Part shown: positions 8,279 to 18,736 of the stretch, one piece after another
Layout: each line of letters starts with the position of its first letter
Position numbering within the stretch: the stretch's first letter is position 1
From: Promethearchaeota archaeon
Lineage (GTDB): Archaea; Asgardarchaeota; Lokiarchaeia; Sigyniarchaeales; SOKP01
NCBI GenBank assembly: GCA_048940925.1
Contig: JBHLOC010000018.1
Location: forward strand, 8,415 to 72,414
Length of the DNA: 64,000 nt
Reading direction: 5' to 3'
Program-made: the position numbers and the translations under genes
The notes under the pieces: generated by a model
What the model was told of the DNA's origin: nothing
What the model saw: the letters and a program-made list of their open reading frames with translations, nothing else
Databases searched by the model: none

Positions 8279-11049
8279 AAAAAAAAGTCATTCAAGAAAA
8301 AGTAAATCAATCCGAAGAATTAGATCCTGAAGAAGCAAAACGACTTGAGGAAATAGATAAAGAGAGACAACTGAGACCAATAGGTCCTGTAATGGGTCGT
8401 CATCGTGGGCCTATGGCGTTTATGGATGATAAAGTTAAACTTGAACATCCACGAGGCGTTTTATGGCGATGGATCTTCTCATACCTTTTTAGACAAAAAA
8501 AATTGTTTGTTTTCTATGCTATTTTAATTGCTATAGGATCTGTAATAAATATTATTACACCATTACTAACAAGGATTCTAATTGATTCTGGAATTATTGC
8601 AAGAAACACTCAAGTAATCCTAAATATCACTATCCTTTATATATCACTTCTGATAATTATGGCCTTAGGAAATTATATGGGCTCCTCTGGTTTAGGAAAG
8701 ATTGGTCAAAACGTAGTTTTTTCAATGCGAAATGATGTTTTCGAGCAACTCCAGAAGATGTCAATGTCCTACTTCGATAAACATCCTTCGGGTGACGTGA
8801 TTTCTCGGGCAACAAATGATATTGACCAGGTAAATTTATTGTTGGGAGGGCAACTCGTCCAGGTCATCACTAGTATTATCAGCCTCACATTGACTATCAT
8901 TTTTATGTTTGTATTGAGTCCTTTCCTAGCATTATTTGGGTTAATCGTCTTCCCCGTCTTCTTTTTTATGTCTAAATGGTTCAGAAGTCGAGTTATTGGT
9001 GCTTTTAAAGAAACTAGAAGAAAAATTAGTAAAGTCACCTCTTCAATTCAAGAGAATATCGCTGGGGCAAAAACCGTACAAGCATTTGGACAGGAAAAAA
9101 AAGCATTAAATGAATTCGATCAAGCAAATATTGAAAATGCTGAAGCTTCATTTAGAGCACGGCGAATTTTTGCGACTTTCTTTCCTCTTATAACATTCTT
9201 GTCATCGGTTATGACTGCGAGTGTCCTCGTAATCGGAGGGTATGTAAGTTTAATTAATTTTGCACCTTTTGGAATTGCTATCACCGTGGGTACACTCGCA
9301 GCATTCATTCAATATATGTCAACATTCTTCCAACCTTTTATGACTCTCACTCAAATCCAGCAAGTTATTGAAAGCGCAATGGCTTCCGCAGATAGAATAT
9401 ATGCGATATTGGATGAAGAAGTTGATCTTCCTGATCCAGAACATCCTATAGTCATCCAAAACCCTAAAGGGTCGATCGAATTCGAAGATGTGAGCTTCGG
9501 ATATAAATTCAACGGGACTCAAGAATTAGAAGCGCCCTCTAAGAAATCGTTTAAAATCCCAAAACCCATCCATAAATCAGTTGATTCTAAAAAGATTGTT
9601 AACGAAGAGGCCCAAAAAATACCTGTTGCTTTCAATCCCATGCAGATGATGCAACGAGCACAACATTTCTTTTCAACGCTCTCAGAACCCTACAAGACAT
9701 TTTTCGAACAAAATTTTATACAAGTTCCCCCAGAAATCAGACAAGAAATGATGATGGGTTTAACGGGAACTCCTCCTGACGAGATCACTACTAAGATTGA
9801 CTCAATCTTTGCTAAACATGGGTTCGCAATCCCCGAAACTCAACAATCAAAAGAGCATCCAGAATTAAATACAACTTTCCCCGAGGCATTTAAACCTCCA
9901 ATAATAGCGGGAGGAAGACCACTCGTAAAGAATAAAGGTCCTGCTGGAGATTCTGCGAAGATATCTGATAACAGCCAAAAACCTAATGTACAAACAATGC
10001 CCCCGTTTTTCCAAGGAATAATAAACAATCCTAAGGCTATAAATCGAATGATTAAGGGATTGGAAATGTCGCTCAAGGGTCATGCTAGTATACAAAGAAG
10101 CGGTGGAGTTGGGAGTGGAATGGGAGGTGAAACTGGGGGAATGATGGGCAGCGGTGGAGGAATGGGTGGGAGATTTAATCCCACGCAGATTCTTCGAATG
10201 CTAGCCATGATGTCTCTACCTGAGGAAATTACTAAAGATTTCCCTGAAATCGTAAAGAAAGCCATTGAGGAAGAACGAATACTAATAGAACATGAGACAA
10301 TGATAGGATATGTTCTTAAGCATGTAGACTTGAAAGTCGATGAGGGTAAGACCATAGCCATCGTCGGGAGAACTGGTGCTGGTAAAACTACAGTCATCAA
10401 ATTGACTTGTCGGTTTTATGATGTCACTGACGGAGAGGTTTTGATCGATGGAGTGAACGTGAAAGACTTGGATAAAAAAAATCTCCGAAATTTGATCGGC
10501 CTTGTACCCCAAGATTCGTTCCTATTCTCGGGCACCATCCGGGATAATCTATTATATGGATATGATGATGATGAATATCTAGGCCCTGAAATGAAAGACG
10601 TAATAGAAAAGAAGATGATTGATGTTTCTAAATTCTTAGGTCTCCATAATTTTATCGAGACGCTCCCCAAAAAGTACGACACAAAATTAAAAGAAAATGC
10701 GTCAAACATCTCAATCGGACAACGCCAACTTATCGCTTTCGCCCGTGCCTTGATCCAAAATCCGAAAATATTAATTCTTGACGAGGCAACTTCTTCAGTA
10801 GATCCTTACACTGAGTCATTGATTCAAGATGCACTAGATCGGGCGAGAGAGGGACGGACCACCATCATAATCGCACATCGTTTGTCTACGATCAAAAATG
10901 CGGACTGGATCGTGGTACTTGACCAAGATAAGAAAGGTATCGTGGAGCAAGGAACCCATGAGCAGCTGGTTGCCAAAGAGAATGGTGTATACAAGCATCT
11001 CCTCGACATGCAATATAAAGATATTATGGTTGAGAATACTGAATCTTAA
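8275..11049 (+). CDS. ABC exporter TMD-NBD half transporter (MdlB-like), subunit B, with a ~265-aa insertion in the NBD
   Basis: GRTGAGKT, ISIGQ, ILDEAT; long Met/Gly/Pro-rich insert between FEDVSFGY and YVLKHVDL. Confidence 0.9.
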   Translation: MKKKVIQEKVNQSEELDPEEAKRLEEIDKERQLRPIGPVMGRHRGPMAFMDDKVKLEHPRGVLWRWIFSYLFRQKKLFVFYAILIAIGSVINIITPLLTRILIDSGIIARNTQVILNITILYISLLIIMALGNYMGSSGLGKIGQNVVFSMRNDVFEQLQKMSMSYFDKHPSGDVISRATNDIDQVNLLLGGQLVQVITSIISLTLTIIFMFVLSPFLALFGLIVFPVFFFMSKWFRSRVIGAFKETRRKISKVTSSIQENIAGAKTVQAFGQEKKALNEFDQANIENAEASFRARRIFATFFPLITFLSSVMTASVLVIGGYVSLINFAPFGIAITVGTLAAFIQYMSTFFQPFMTLTQIQQVIESAMASADRIYAILDEEVDLPDPEHPIVIQNPKGSIEFEDVSFGYKFNGTQELEAPSKKSFKIPKPIHKSVDSKKIVNEEAQKIPVAFNPMQMMQRAQHFFSTLSEPYKTFFEQNFIQVPPEIRQEMMMGLTGTPPDEITTKIDSIFAKHGFAIPETQQSKEHPELNTTFPEAFKPPIIAGGRPLVKNKGPAGDSAKISDNSQKPNVQTMPPFFQGIINNPKAINRMIKGLEMSLKGHASIQRSGGVGSGMGGETGGMMGSGGGMGGRFNPTQILRMLAMMSLPEEITKDFPEIVKKAIEEERILIEHETMIGYVLKHVDLKVDEGKTIAIVGRTGAGKTTVIKLTCRFYDVTDGEVLIDGVNVKDLDKKNLRNLIGLVPQDSFLFSGTIRDNLLYGYDDDEYLGPEMKDVIEKKMIDVSKFLGLHNFIETLPKKYDTKLKENASNISIGQRQLIAFARALIQNPKILILDEATSSVDPYTESLIQDALDRAREGRTTIIIAHRLSTIKNADWIVVLDQDKKGIVEQGTHEQLVAKENGVYKHLLDMQYKDIMVENTES

Positions 11050-11078
11050 TTCCTTTTTTATAATACTTTATTTTTAAA

Positions 11079-11190
11079 GATCCTAAATTAAATATTTTAG
11101 ATGAGGCAACTCTTTCTATAGATCCATAAACTGAACCTTAAATCAAGACTCATTAATAAAAGTAAATAAGGGGAGAATAATTACCACTAT
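11079..11190 (+). pseudogene. Decayed 3' fragment of an ABC exporter NBD
   Basis: Translates DPKLNILDEATLSIDP*TEP*, colinear with NPKILILDEATSSVDPYTE in both subunit-B genes. Confidence 0.8.
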
Positions 11191-11346
11191 TACTTTACTT
11201 CTACTAATTTTTTAAATTTCACATATTTTCTGTATAGCGAGAGGTAAAGTAAGAACGAATGAATAATAATTTATATTTTTTTTTAAAATTTTTTATTCTT
11301 CAATAAAAAAATATTTTTGGGATTAACATTTTATTTCAGTATTAAA

Positions 11347-12666
11347 ATGACTGAGAACATAATAGAAGTAAAAAACCTGACAAAGATCTATGAAGATGGT
11401 AATGTACTTGCTGTTGATGATATCAATTTTTACATAAAAAAAGGCGAGATACTTGCATTATTAGGACCTAATGGGGCAGGAAAAACAACTACGATAAGTA
11501 TACTTGCTACATTATTGTCGCCGACTAAAGGTGAAGCTTATGTCAATAATTTTGATGTTACAAAAGATCCCGATAAAGTAAGAAAAAGCATTGGAATTGT
11601 GTTTCAAGAACCCTCTTTAGACGGTGATATGAAAGGAAGGGAAAATTTAGAACTACACGCAGTTTTGTATGGAATGCCAAAAAAGGTGAGACAAGTTAAA
11701 ATTATGGAAGTTTTGAAATTAGTAGATCTCGAAGATAAAGCAAATATACTTGTAAATAATTATTCTGGAGGTATGAAAAGGCGTTTAGAAATTGCTCGAG
11801 GATTATTACATGAACCTACAGTTTTGTTTTTAGATGAACCTACACTTGGTTTAGATCCTCAAACTCGTAGGAAGATATGGGATAAAATTAAGGAATTGAA
11901 TAAAGGTGATTCAAATATCTCCATTTTAATAACTACACATTATATGGATGAAGCTGATGAACTTGCTGATAGAATTTGTATTATGGATCACGGGAAAATA
12001 ATTGCTATGGACACTTCTGAAAATCTTAAAAAACAATTATCTGGAGATGTCGTCGATATCCAATTTGAAAATAATGAGGAAAACTTTAAAATTCCTCGAC
12101 TTATGGAGCAGATACAAGAAATACCAAGAGTGAAAAATGTTTCATTTGGGTCAGCTGAAACTCAAGTTAGATTGCCAGAAATTCAACTTCCGAAGGGGAT
12201 GCCAAACATTAATCCTGAAATGATAAAAGCACGAATGCAAGAGATGTTTTCAGACCCTAAAAAGTTAATTATGACTTGGAAACGAATGCCTATGGGAATC
12301 CAAATGTTTTTAGATGCTCCCATAGCAATTAAAAAGAAGATTGCTGACAGGTTTGATGATACTCTTTTAGAAGAGGTTCCTGATAATATAAAAAACGAAA
12401 TCATAAAAATAAAAAAAGGAGAATATGAAGAAGAACAGGTTTCTGAACCATCTATTTCTATCTCCTGTGAGAATGGAGGACAACAACTACCAAAGATTAT
12501 TCAAAAAGTTAATGATAACAATCTAATGATAAAAACAGTAAATATGCATCAACCAACCTTAGAAGATGTGTTCCTTCATTTTGTAGGGAGTGCAATACGA
12601 GAAGAATCTTCGAATCAAACAAAAGATATCAAACAGTTCATACAATTGAGGCAATTAAGGAAGTGA
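11347..12666 (+). CDS. DrrA-like ABC-2 ATP-binding protein with a Met-rich C-terminal insertion
   Basis: GPNGAGKT, YSGGM, LFLDEP, PTLEDVF. ATG at 11347 preferred over TTG at 11317 because it matches the start of the 6309 fragment. Confidence 0.9.
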   Translation: MTENIIEVKNLTKIYEDGNVLAVDDINFYIKKGEILALLGPNGAGKTTTISILATLLSPTKGEAYVNNFDVTKDPDKVRKSIGIVFQEPSLDGDMKGRENLELHAVLYGMPKKVRQVKIMEVLKLVDLEDKANILVNNYSGGMKRRLEIARGLLHEPTVLFLDEPTLGLDPQTRRKIWDKIKELNKGDSNISILITTHYMDEADELADRICIMDHGKIIAMDTSENLKKQLSGDVVDIQFENNEENFKIPRLMEQIQEIPRVKNVSFGSAETQVRLPEIQLPKGMPNINPEMIKARMQEMFSDPKKLIMTWKRMPMGIQMFLDAPIAIKKKIADRFDDTLLEEVPDNIKNEIIKIKKGEYEEEQVSEPSISISCENGGQQLPKIIQKVNDNNLMIKTVNMHQPTLEDVFLHFVGSAIREESSNQTKDIKQFIQLRQLRK

Positions 12667-12672
12667 TTAATT

Positions 12673-13476
12673 ATGGCTGATTTAATTATGTTAAAAACAA
12701 AAACAAATTATAATGCAATATGGATACTAGCTAAAAGGGAGTTAGTAGGTTTCTGGAGGAGTAAATCGAGAGTTATATCGTCATTAGCTCAAGGTTTATT
12801 ATTCTTAGTTATATTTGGTGCGGGATTTTCATCTTTTTCAATAACTATTAAAGGCGCTTCTATTAATCCAAGAGCATTCACAGCTTCTGGAGTTGTAGCA
12901 ATAGTAATTTTATTTACAGGAATATTTGGTGGTATGGCTATTTTTCGGGATAAAATGTTTGGATTTATGAAAGAATTATTAGTTGCTCCTGTAAGTCGTA
13001 GAACACTGATGCTGGGAAGAACTTTAGGTATTGCTTTACAAACTTTAGTACAAGTAATAATCATGATTAGCTTAAGTATAATTATTGGATCTTTTGGATA
13101 TACTCTTGATTTAATTTGGCGAGTATTACTTGTGTTACCAGTAGCTCTATTGGCAAGTATTGGGATAGTGGGAATGGGATTAACTATAAGTACTCGTCTA
13201 AATGACATGCAATCCTTCGGATTAATTCAAACTTTTATTGTGATGCCGATGTTCTGGATTTCAGGTGCCCTATTTGCTTTCAACACAGTGCCACTTTTTA
13301 TGCAAATCGCGATGGTCTGCAATCCATTCACTTATAGTGTAGATTTATTTCGTGCAGTGTTATTAGGTGTATCTTTTTTCCCAATTTGGTTGGATCTTAT
13401 AGTGATGACTTGTTTTGGGGCGTTATTTATTATTATTGGTGCTCGATCATTCAATAAAATGGAGATAAGTGAATAA
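12673..13476 (+). CDS. ABC-2 type permease (DrrB-like)
   Basis: ELLVAPVSR and NPFTYSVD motifs, 6 TM segments. Confidence 0.9.
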   Translation: MADLIMLKTKTNYNAIWILAKRELVGFWRSKSRVISSLAQGLLFLVIFGAGFSSFSITIKGASINPRAFTASGVVAIVILFTGIFGGMAIFRDKMFGFMKELLVAPVSRRTLMLGRTLGIALQTLVQVIIMISLSIIIGSFGYTLDLIWRVLLVLPVALLASIGIVGMGLTISTRLNDMQSFGLIQTFIVMPMFWISGALFAFNTVPLFMQIAMVCNPFTYSVDLFRAVLLGVSFFPIWLDLIVMTCFGALFIIIGARSFNKMEISE

Positions 13477-13591
13477 GTATAAAGTTATTAAAATCTTTTA
13501 ATCATTTTTTTTAATATTTTGTTTTGGAAATTATAAAATACGTTATGTAATAGAAAAGGTAAAGATAGAGGAAAAAGAGTCAATTTTTTTT

Positions 13592-15361
13592 ATGAATTCT
13601 GCTCAAATGATATTCAAATATTGGCTAAAATCGAAGAAATTTTTTATCCTTGAATTCACATTCTTATTGTTATCTACAATTTTCTATATACTTACCCCTA
13701 TATTTATAGGAAGGATGGTTGGCGTATTAGATCCTAATCGTTCAGTAACGGCTAATGCTAGTAATTTGTTAATTAATTTGCTATTTATAATAATATTTGC
13801 AAGCTTAACCTATATTTTTAATAGGGCTGCAAGACTCAGAGGAGCTGAAGTTTCTTCTAGAGCAACATATCATCTTCGCACAGATATTAGTAATGCTATT
13901 TACCGTCAATCATTCTCATATTTTGATAAGACAGAAACAGGGCAATTAATATCTCGAGCAACCAGTGATGTAGAAGAAACACGACAGATATTTGGAATGG
14001 GCTTAACTCTAGGTCTTCAATCATCTCTTCAGATAGGAGGTGTATTTTTTGGGTTCCTTCTCTTTAATATTGAATTATCTTTTGTTTTAATTATAGCAAT
14101 AGTAATCTCTTTAATCCTATCTTATTTTATTGCTAAAAAATTAAAACCTATATTTTTAGAAACAAGAGTAAGTTTTGGTGAAGTAACCAATACTATAAGA
14201 GAAAATATTGTGGGGGCTCAAGTAGTTCGTATGTTTAATACACAAAATAAAGAACATCAAAAATTCCAAAAAAATAATAATAGATTTTATAATGCAAGTG
14301 TAGACTCTGTTAAATATAATTCCTTGTATATGCCTTCTATTTATGTTCTTATTGGAATTTTAACAATTGTTACATTATTTATTGGGGGAATTTGGGTTAT
14401 TAATGGAAGAATGCAGCTTCAAACAATAATTACTTTACTTTCCTACATTGCTTCACTAAGTTTTCCGTTAATGATGTTAGGTCAAATAATGTTGGTATAT
14501 ATTCAAGCAGATGCTGCACTCACCCGAGTAAGGGAAGTTTTGGAATCTACTCCAGATATAAAAGACTTTCCAGATGCTATTCCAATAGTTTCTTTAAAAG
14601 GGGATATTGAATTTGATAATGTTTCTTTTGGATATACTCATGATCGTAGGATTTTAAAAGATGTTTCATTTAAAATACCCGCAAGAAAGACATTGGCAAT
14701 TTTAGGCACTACTGGTTCTGGAAAATCTACAGTAATCAATCTAATTCCCCGTTTCTATGAAGTAAGCGATGGAAATATTAAAATTGATCATAAGGATATA
14801 CGCAATTATAAATTAAAGGATTTAAGGCAAAATATTGGTATTGTATCACAGGAAACTTTCTTATTTAATAAATCTATTGCTAGTAATATTGCTTATGGGA
14901 AAGATGATTCTTCAAGAAATGAAATCATAAAAGCTGCTCAAATTGCTGATTTACATGATTTTATTATTTCTTTACCTAAAGGATATGATACTATTGTTGG
15001 TGAAAGAGGTACAAGACTATCTGGTGGACAAAAACAGCGATTATCAATAGCTCGAGCATTAATAATTAAACCCAAAATCTTAATTTTAGATGATTCAACA
15101 AGTTCTGTCGATGTTGAAACTGAATATAAAATTCAAAAAGCACTAGCGAAAATAACGAACGAGACCACAACTATTATTATAACCCAAAGAATATCTACAA
15201 TCAGAGGAGCAGATAATATTTTAATTCTAGATAGGGGGCGTGTAGTTGGTTTTGGAACTCATGATGATTTGATTAAAAAAAATGTATTATATAAACAAAT
15301 CTACAAAACTCTATACCAAAAACAAAAATCAAAGATTAAGATAGAAGAAGGAAATTACTAA
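13592..15361 (+). CDS. ABC exporter half transporter subunit A (paralog of 6491..8278)
   Basis: GTTGSGKS, LSGGQ, ILDD; colinear with the 6491 protein. Confidence 0.92.
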   Translation: MNSAQMIFKYWLKSKKFFILEFTFLLLSTIFYILTPIFIGRMVGVLDPNRSVTANASNLLINLLFIIIFASLTYIFNRAARLRGAEVSSRATYHLRTDISNAIYRQSFSYFDKTETGQLISRATSDVEETRQIFGMGLTLGLQSSLQIGGVFFGFLLFNIELSFVLIIAIVISLILSYFIAKKLKPIFLETRVSFGEVTNTIRENIVGAQVVRMFNTQNKEHQKFQKNNNRFYNASVDSVKYNSLYMPSIYVLIGILTIVTLFIGGIWVINGRMQLQTIITLLSYIASLSFPLMMLGQIMLVYIQADAALTRVREVLESTPDIKDFPDAIPIVSLKGDIEFDNVSFGYTHDRRILKDVSFKIPARKTLAILGTTGSGKSTVINLIPRFYEVSDGNIKIDHKDIRNYKLKDLRQNIGIVSQETFLFNKSIASNIAYGKDDSSRNEIIKAAQIADLHDFIISLPKGYDTIVGERGTRLSGGQKQRLSIARALIIKPKILILDDSTSSVDVETEYKIQKALAKITNETTTIIITQRISTIRGADNILILDRGRVVGFGTHDDLIKKNVLYKQIYKTLYQKQKSKIKIEEGNY

Positions 15362-15376
15362 AGTGGTGAAACATTA

Positions 15377-17860
15377 GTGTATAACAACCAAGAAGATAAA
15401 GATCAGGAGGAGCAAAAAGAAATAATTCAACCTAGCGCGAGTACTAGACGTCGATTTATGTTTGACGATGAGAAAGCTAAATTAGAGTATCCAAGAAAAA
15501 AATTATGGAAATGGTTATTCTCATATATAAAATCTTCCCAAAGGAAATTTTCGTTATATTTCATATTTTTATTATTAGGCACAGTATTATCATCTGTAAC
15601 CCCATTATTATCAGCAAGCATCATAGATAAAGGAATAGTTGGTAGAAATAGTGATTATATTCTGATAATGAGCACATTTTATTTACTTTTAATGATTTTG
15701 ATGGCGATATCTAATTATATATCTCAATTTGGAATGGGTAAAATTTCTCAGAGAATTACTTTTGAGATTAGAAATGATATTTTCTTCAAATTACAAGAAA
15801 TGTCCTTAAGTTATTTTGATAAAAGATCATCAGGAGAGATTATATCAATAGCAACTAACGATGTTACAATCCTTAATCAATTAGTTGGGGGTCAATTTGT
15901 TCAAATTATAACTAGCTTTGTTTCTATTGTTCTAACAGTGGTGTTTATGTATATTTTAAATCCATTTTTAGCTCTTATTAGTATGATAATTTTTCCCTTG
16001 TTTTTGATTACAACATATATTTTTAGAAAGATTGCAACTAAATTATTTAAAGAATCGAGGAAAGCCATTGGTAAAGTTACTGCTTCGATACAAGAAAATA
16101 TTGAAGGCGCAAAAGTTGTTCAAGCATATGGGCAGGAAACAAGAGCTTCTTCTGAATTTGATAAAGCTAATATAGCAAATTACAATGCAAACGTTAAAAT
16201 TAGAAGATATATGGCAACTATGTTTCCCTTAATTACATTGATTACAACTATCCTCACAGCAGGAATTTTATTAATTGGAGGATTTACAATTCTAGGGAAT
16301 GTCGTTATTTTTGGTGTTCCTGTTTCAGTAGGGGTACTTAGTGCCTATATTAGTATTTTAAGCCAATTCTTCAGACCCTTCATGATGTTAATGCAAACTC
16401 AACAAGTAATTGAAGCAGCTATGGCTGCAAGTGACCGAATATATTCTATATTAGAAGCAGAAGCAGAAATTCCAGAATACAGTTCACCTAAAGTATTTAG
16501 TGATGTGAATGGGAGCATCGAATTTAGAGCTGTAAGTTTTGGTTACAAATTTAAAAATAATAGAATAGTTGATAAAAAACCTCTAGAAACTTCTATGATG
16601 AATCAAGTCATCAAGGCAATAAAATCCTTTCCTGAACCCTATTCATCTTTCATTCTCGATAATATGAAGTTTATGTCTAATAATATTAGACAAAAGCTTT
16701 TTACAAATCTGATGGGAAGTGAACCAACTGAAATTCCAGAAAAAATTGATAAAGTTTTGGCTGAATTTCAATATGCTGTTCCTAATACAGTAATGGCAAG
16801 TAAACATTCTGAATATAAAAATAGTTTTAAACTTAAAACTTTAAAAGAGAATTTTAAAGAAACAAAAGATTTTACATTTGAACAAATAGTATCACCAGAA
16901 ACAGTACTTATGATGGTAAAATTCTTAGAAGAAGCATTACGAACAACAACTGGAATGCAACAGAATAATACTAGAATGGGAGAAAGTAGAAATTTAATTG
17001 GAGGAGATACGAGTCTTATATCATCTAGTACTATTAAAAGGATGCTTGCCAGTATAGAAATTTCTCCAGAAGTCCAAAAAGAGATACCCAAGGTTGTATT
17101 GAACGCTATTAGAGAACAAAAAAAAATTATCCAACACGAACAATCAATGGGTTATGTTTTAAGAAATGTTGATTTAAAATTATCTTCAGGAAAAACATTA
17201 GCTATTGTAGGAGAAACTGGTGCAGGTAAGACTTCTTTAATCAAATTAATTGCACGATTTTATGATATAAATGATGGAAAAATTCTAATTGATGGTATAG
17301 ACATTCGAGAAGTTCGAAAGGAAGATTTAAGAAATTTGATTGGGCTCGTCCCCCAGGATGCATTCATTTTTACGGGAACTATCAAGGAAAACATATTATA
17401 TGCATTTGAAGATATAACTCCAGAATTAGAACAACGAATGATTGAAATCTCGAAATTTCTGGGTTTGCATAATTTCATTGAAACCCTATATAAGGATTAT
17501 AATACAAAATTAAAAGAAAATGGTTCAAACATTTCTATTGGACAAAGGCAACTTATTGCTTTTGCGAGAGCCTTAATAACTAATCCTAAAATCCTAATAT
17601 TGGATGAAGCTACATCCTCAGTTGATCCATATACTGAAACATTAATTCAAGATGCATTAAATAAAGCACGAAAGGGACGAACTACGATTATTATAGCCCA
17701 CCGTTTATCAACAATTAAAAACGCAGATCACATAATTGTTTTAAGTGCTGATAAAAAAGGAATAGTAGAACAAGGAGCTCACGAGACTTTGCTTTCTTTG
17801 AATGGAAAATATAAACGTCTTTTAGAAATGCAACATCGAGATATCGATATAAGTAATTAA
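15377..17860 (+). CDS. ABC exporter half transporter subunit B (paralog of 8275..11049) with a ~200-aa NBD insertion
   Basis: GETGAGKT, ISIGQ, ILDEAT; insertion at the same site as in the paralog. Confidence 0.9.
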   Translation: MYNNQEDKDQEEQKEIIQPSASTRRRFMFDDEKAKLEYPRKKLWKWLFSYIKSSQRKFSLYFIFLLLGTVLSSVTPLLSASIIDKGIVGRNSDYILIMSTFYLLLMILMAISNYISQFGMGKISQRITFEIRNDIFFKLQEMSLSYFDKRSSGEIISIATNDVTILNQLVGGQFVQIITSFVSIVLTVVFMYILNPFLALISMIIFPLFLITTYIFRKIATKLFKESRKAIGKVTASIQENIEGAKVVQAYGQETRASSEFDKANIANYNANVKIRRYMATMFPLITLITTILTAGILLIGGFTILGNVVIFGVPVSVGVLSAYISILSQFFRPFMMLMQTQQVIEAAMAASDRIYSILEAEAEIPEYSSPKVFSDVNGSIEFRAVSFGYKFKNNRIVDKKPLETSMMNQVIKAIKSFPEPYSSFILDNMKFMSNNIRQKLFTNLMGSEPTEIPEKIDKVLAEFQYAVPNTVMASKHSEYKNSFKLKTLKENFKETKDFTFEQIVSPETVLMMVKFLEEALRTTTGMQQNNTRMGESRNLIGGDTSLISSSTIKRMLASIEISPEVQKEIPKVVLNAIREQKKIIQHEQSMGYVLRNVDLKLSSGKTLAIVGETGAGKTSLIKLIARFYDINDGKILIDGIDIREVRKEDLRNLIGLVPQDAFIFTGTIKENILYAFEDITPELEQRMIEISKFLGLHNFIETLYKDYNTKLKENGSNISIGQRQLIAFARALITNPKILILDEATSSVDPYTETLIQDALNKARKGRTTIIIAHRLSTIKNADHIIVLSADKKGIVEQGAHETLLSLNGKYKRLLEMQHRDIDISN

Positions 17861-17896
17861 AATTTATCTTATTTTAATGTTTTTTATCTTATATTT

Positions 17897-18736
17897 ATGA
17901 AAAAGCTAAATTATATTCTAGTTTTAATTTGCATAATTAACTATTTAGATTGGTGTACAATTATTCCATATTTTGATTATTCTGGAAAAAAAATATTCTA
18001 TCAATGTAATGAGAATCATTCTCAAAATGCTATCATTTTTATTCATGGAGCAGGTGGAAATTCAAATATTTGGAAAGATCAACTAAAATTAAAAATAAAT
18101 TATAACTTATATGCACTCGATTTACCTTCTCATAATAAATCAGATAATATCTCTGAGCTCTCTCTTGATATTTACATTAACGCTATTAAAAATCTAATAA
18201 ATTATATTGGAGCTGAAGAAATAATCTTATGTGGTCATTCATTAGGTGGAGCTATTATACAAGAGTTTTATTTTAAGTATCCAAATGACGTCTCAGCTTT
18301 AATTTTATGCGGAACAGGAAGCAGATTACGTGTAGATCCACATATTCTAACCCAAATAAAAAGTAATTATCAAGGATATCTAAATGACTTACAAACTGGT
18401 GCTTTTTATACTAAAACTCCAAAAGAGATAAAATTGAAAAGTATTGAAGAGACAACTAAGACTACCCCAGAAGTTACTTATATTGATTTTGAAATATGTG
18501 ATAATTTTGACACTTTAGATAAAACTAGTTCTATAGAGGTTCCTTGCTTGATTGTTTGTGGTAAACACGATAAATTAACTCCATTAAAATACTCAAAATT
18601 CTTTTACGATAACATTAACAATTCGAATTTAGTAATAATAAAGAAAGCAGGGCATATGGTGATGATTGAACAACCTAAGAAGTTAAATAAAGCGATTGAA
18701 AATTTTATTAAAAATAATTTAAAAAAAAATAATTAG
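17897..18736 (+). CDS. Alpha/beta hydrolase
   Basis: FIHG oxyanion motif, GHSLG nucleophile, D and AGH catalytic residues; the true start may be ATT at 17963. Confidence 0.88.
   Translation: MKKLNYILVLICIINYLDWCTIIPYFDYSGKKIFYQCNENHSQNAIIFIHGAGGNSNIWKDQLKLKINYNLYALDLPSHNKSDNISELSLDIYINAIKNLINYIGAEEIILCGHSLGGAIIQEFYFKYPNDVSALILCGTGSRLRVDPHILTQIKSNYQGYLNDLQTGAFYTKTPKEIKLKSIEETTKTTPEVTYIDFEICDNFDTLDKTSSIEVPCLIVCGKHDKLTPLKYSKFFYDNINNSNLVIIKKAGHMVMIEQPKKLNKAIENFIKNNLKKNN

Noticed and set aside
9511-10305. Intein in the ABC NBD insertion
   Set aside because: No Cys/Ser start with His-Asn end, and no Hint or LAGLIDADG motifs.
5756-17478. Numerous short minus-strand ORFs inside the ABC genes, and similar antisense ORFs elsewhere (e.g. 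26842, 32552, 56451, 61929, 63557)
   Set aside because: They overlap well-supported genes on the opposite strand and have no motifs.
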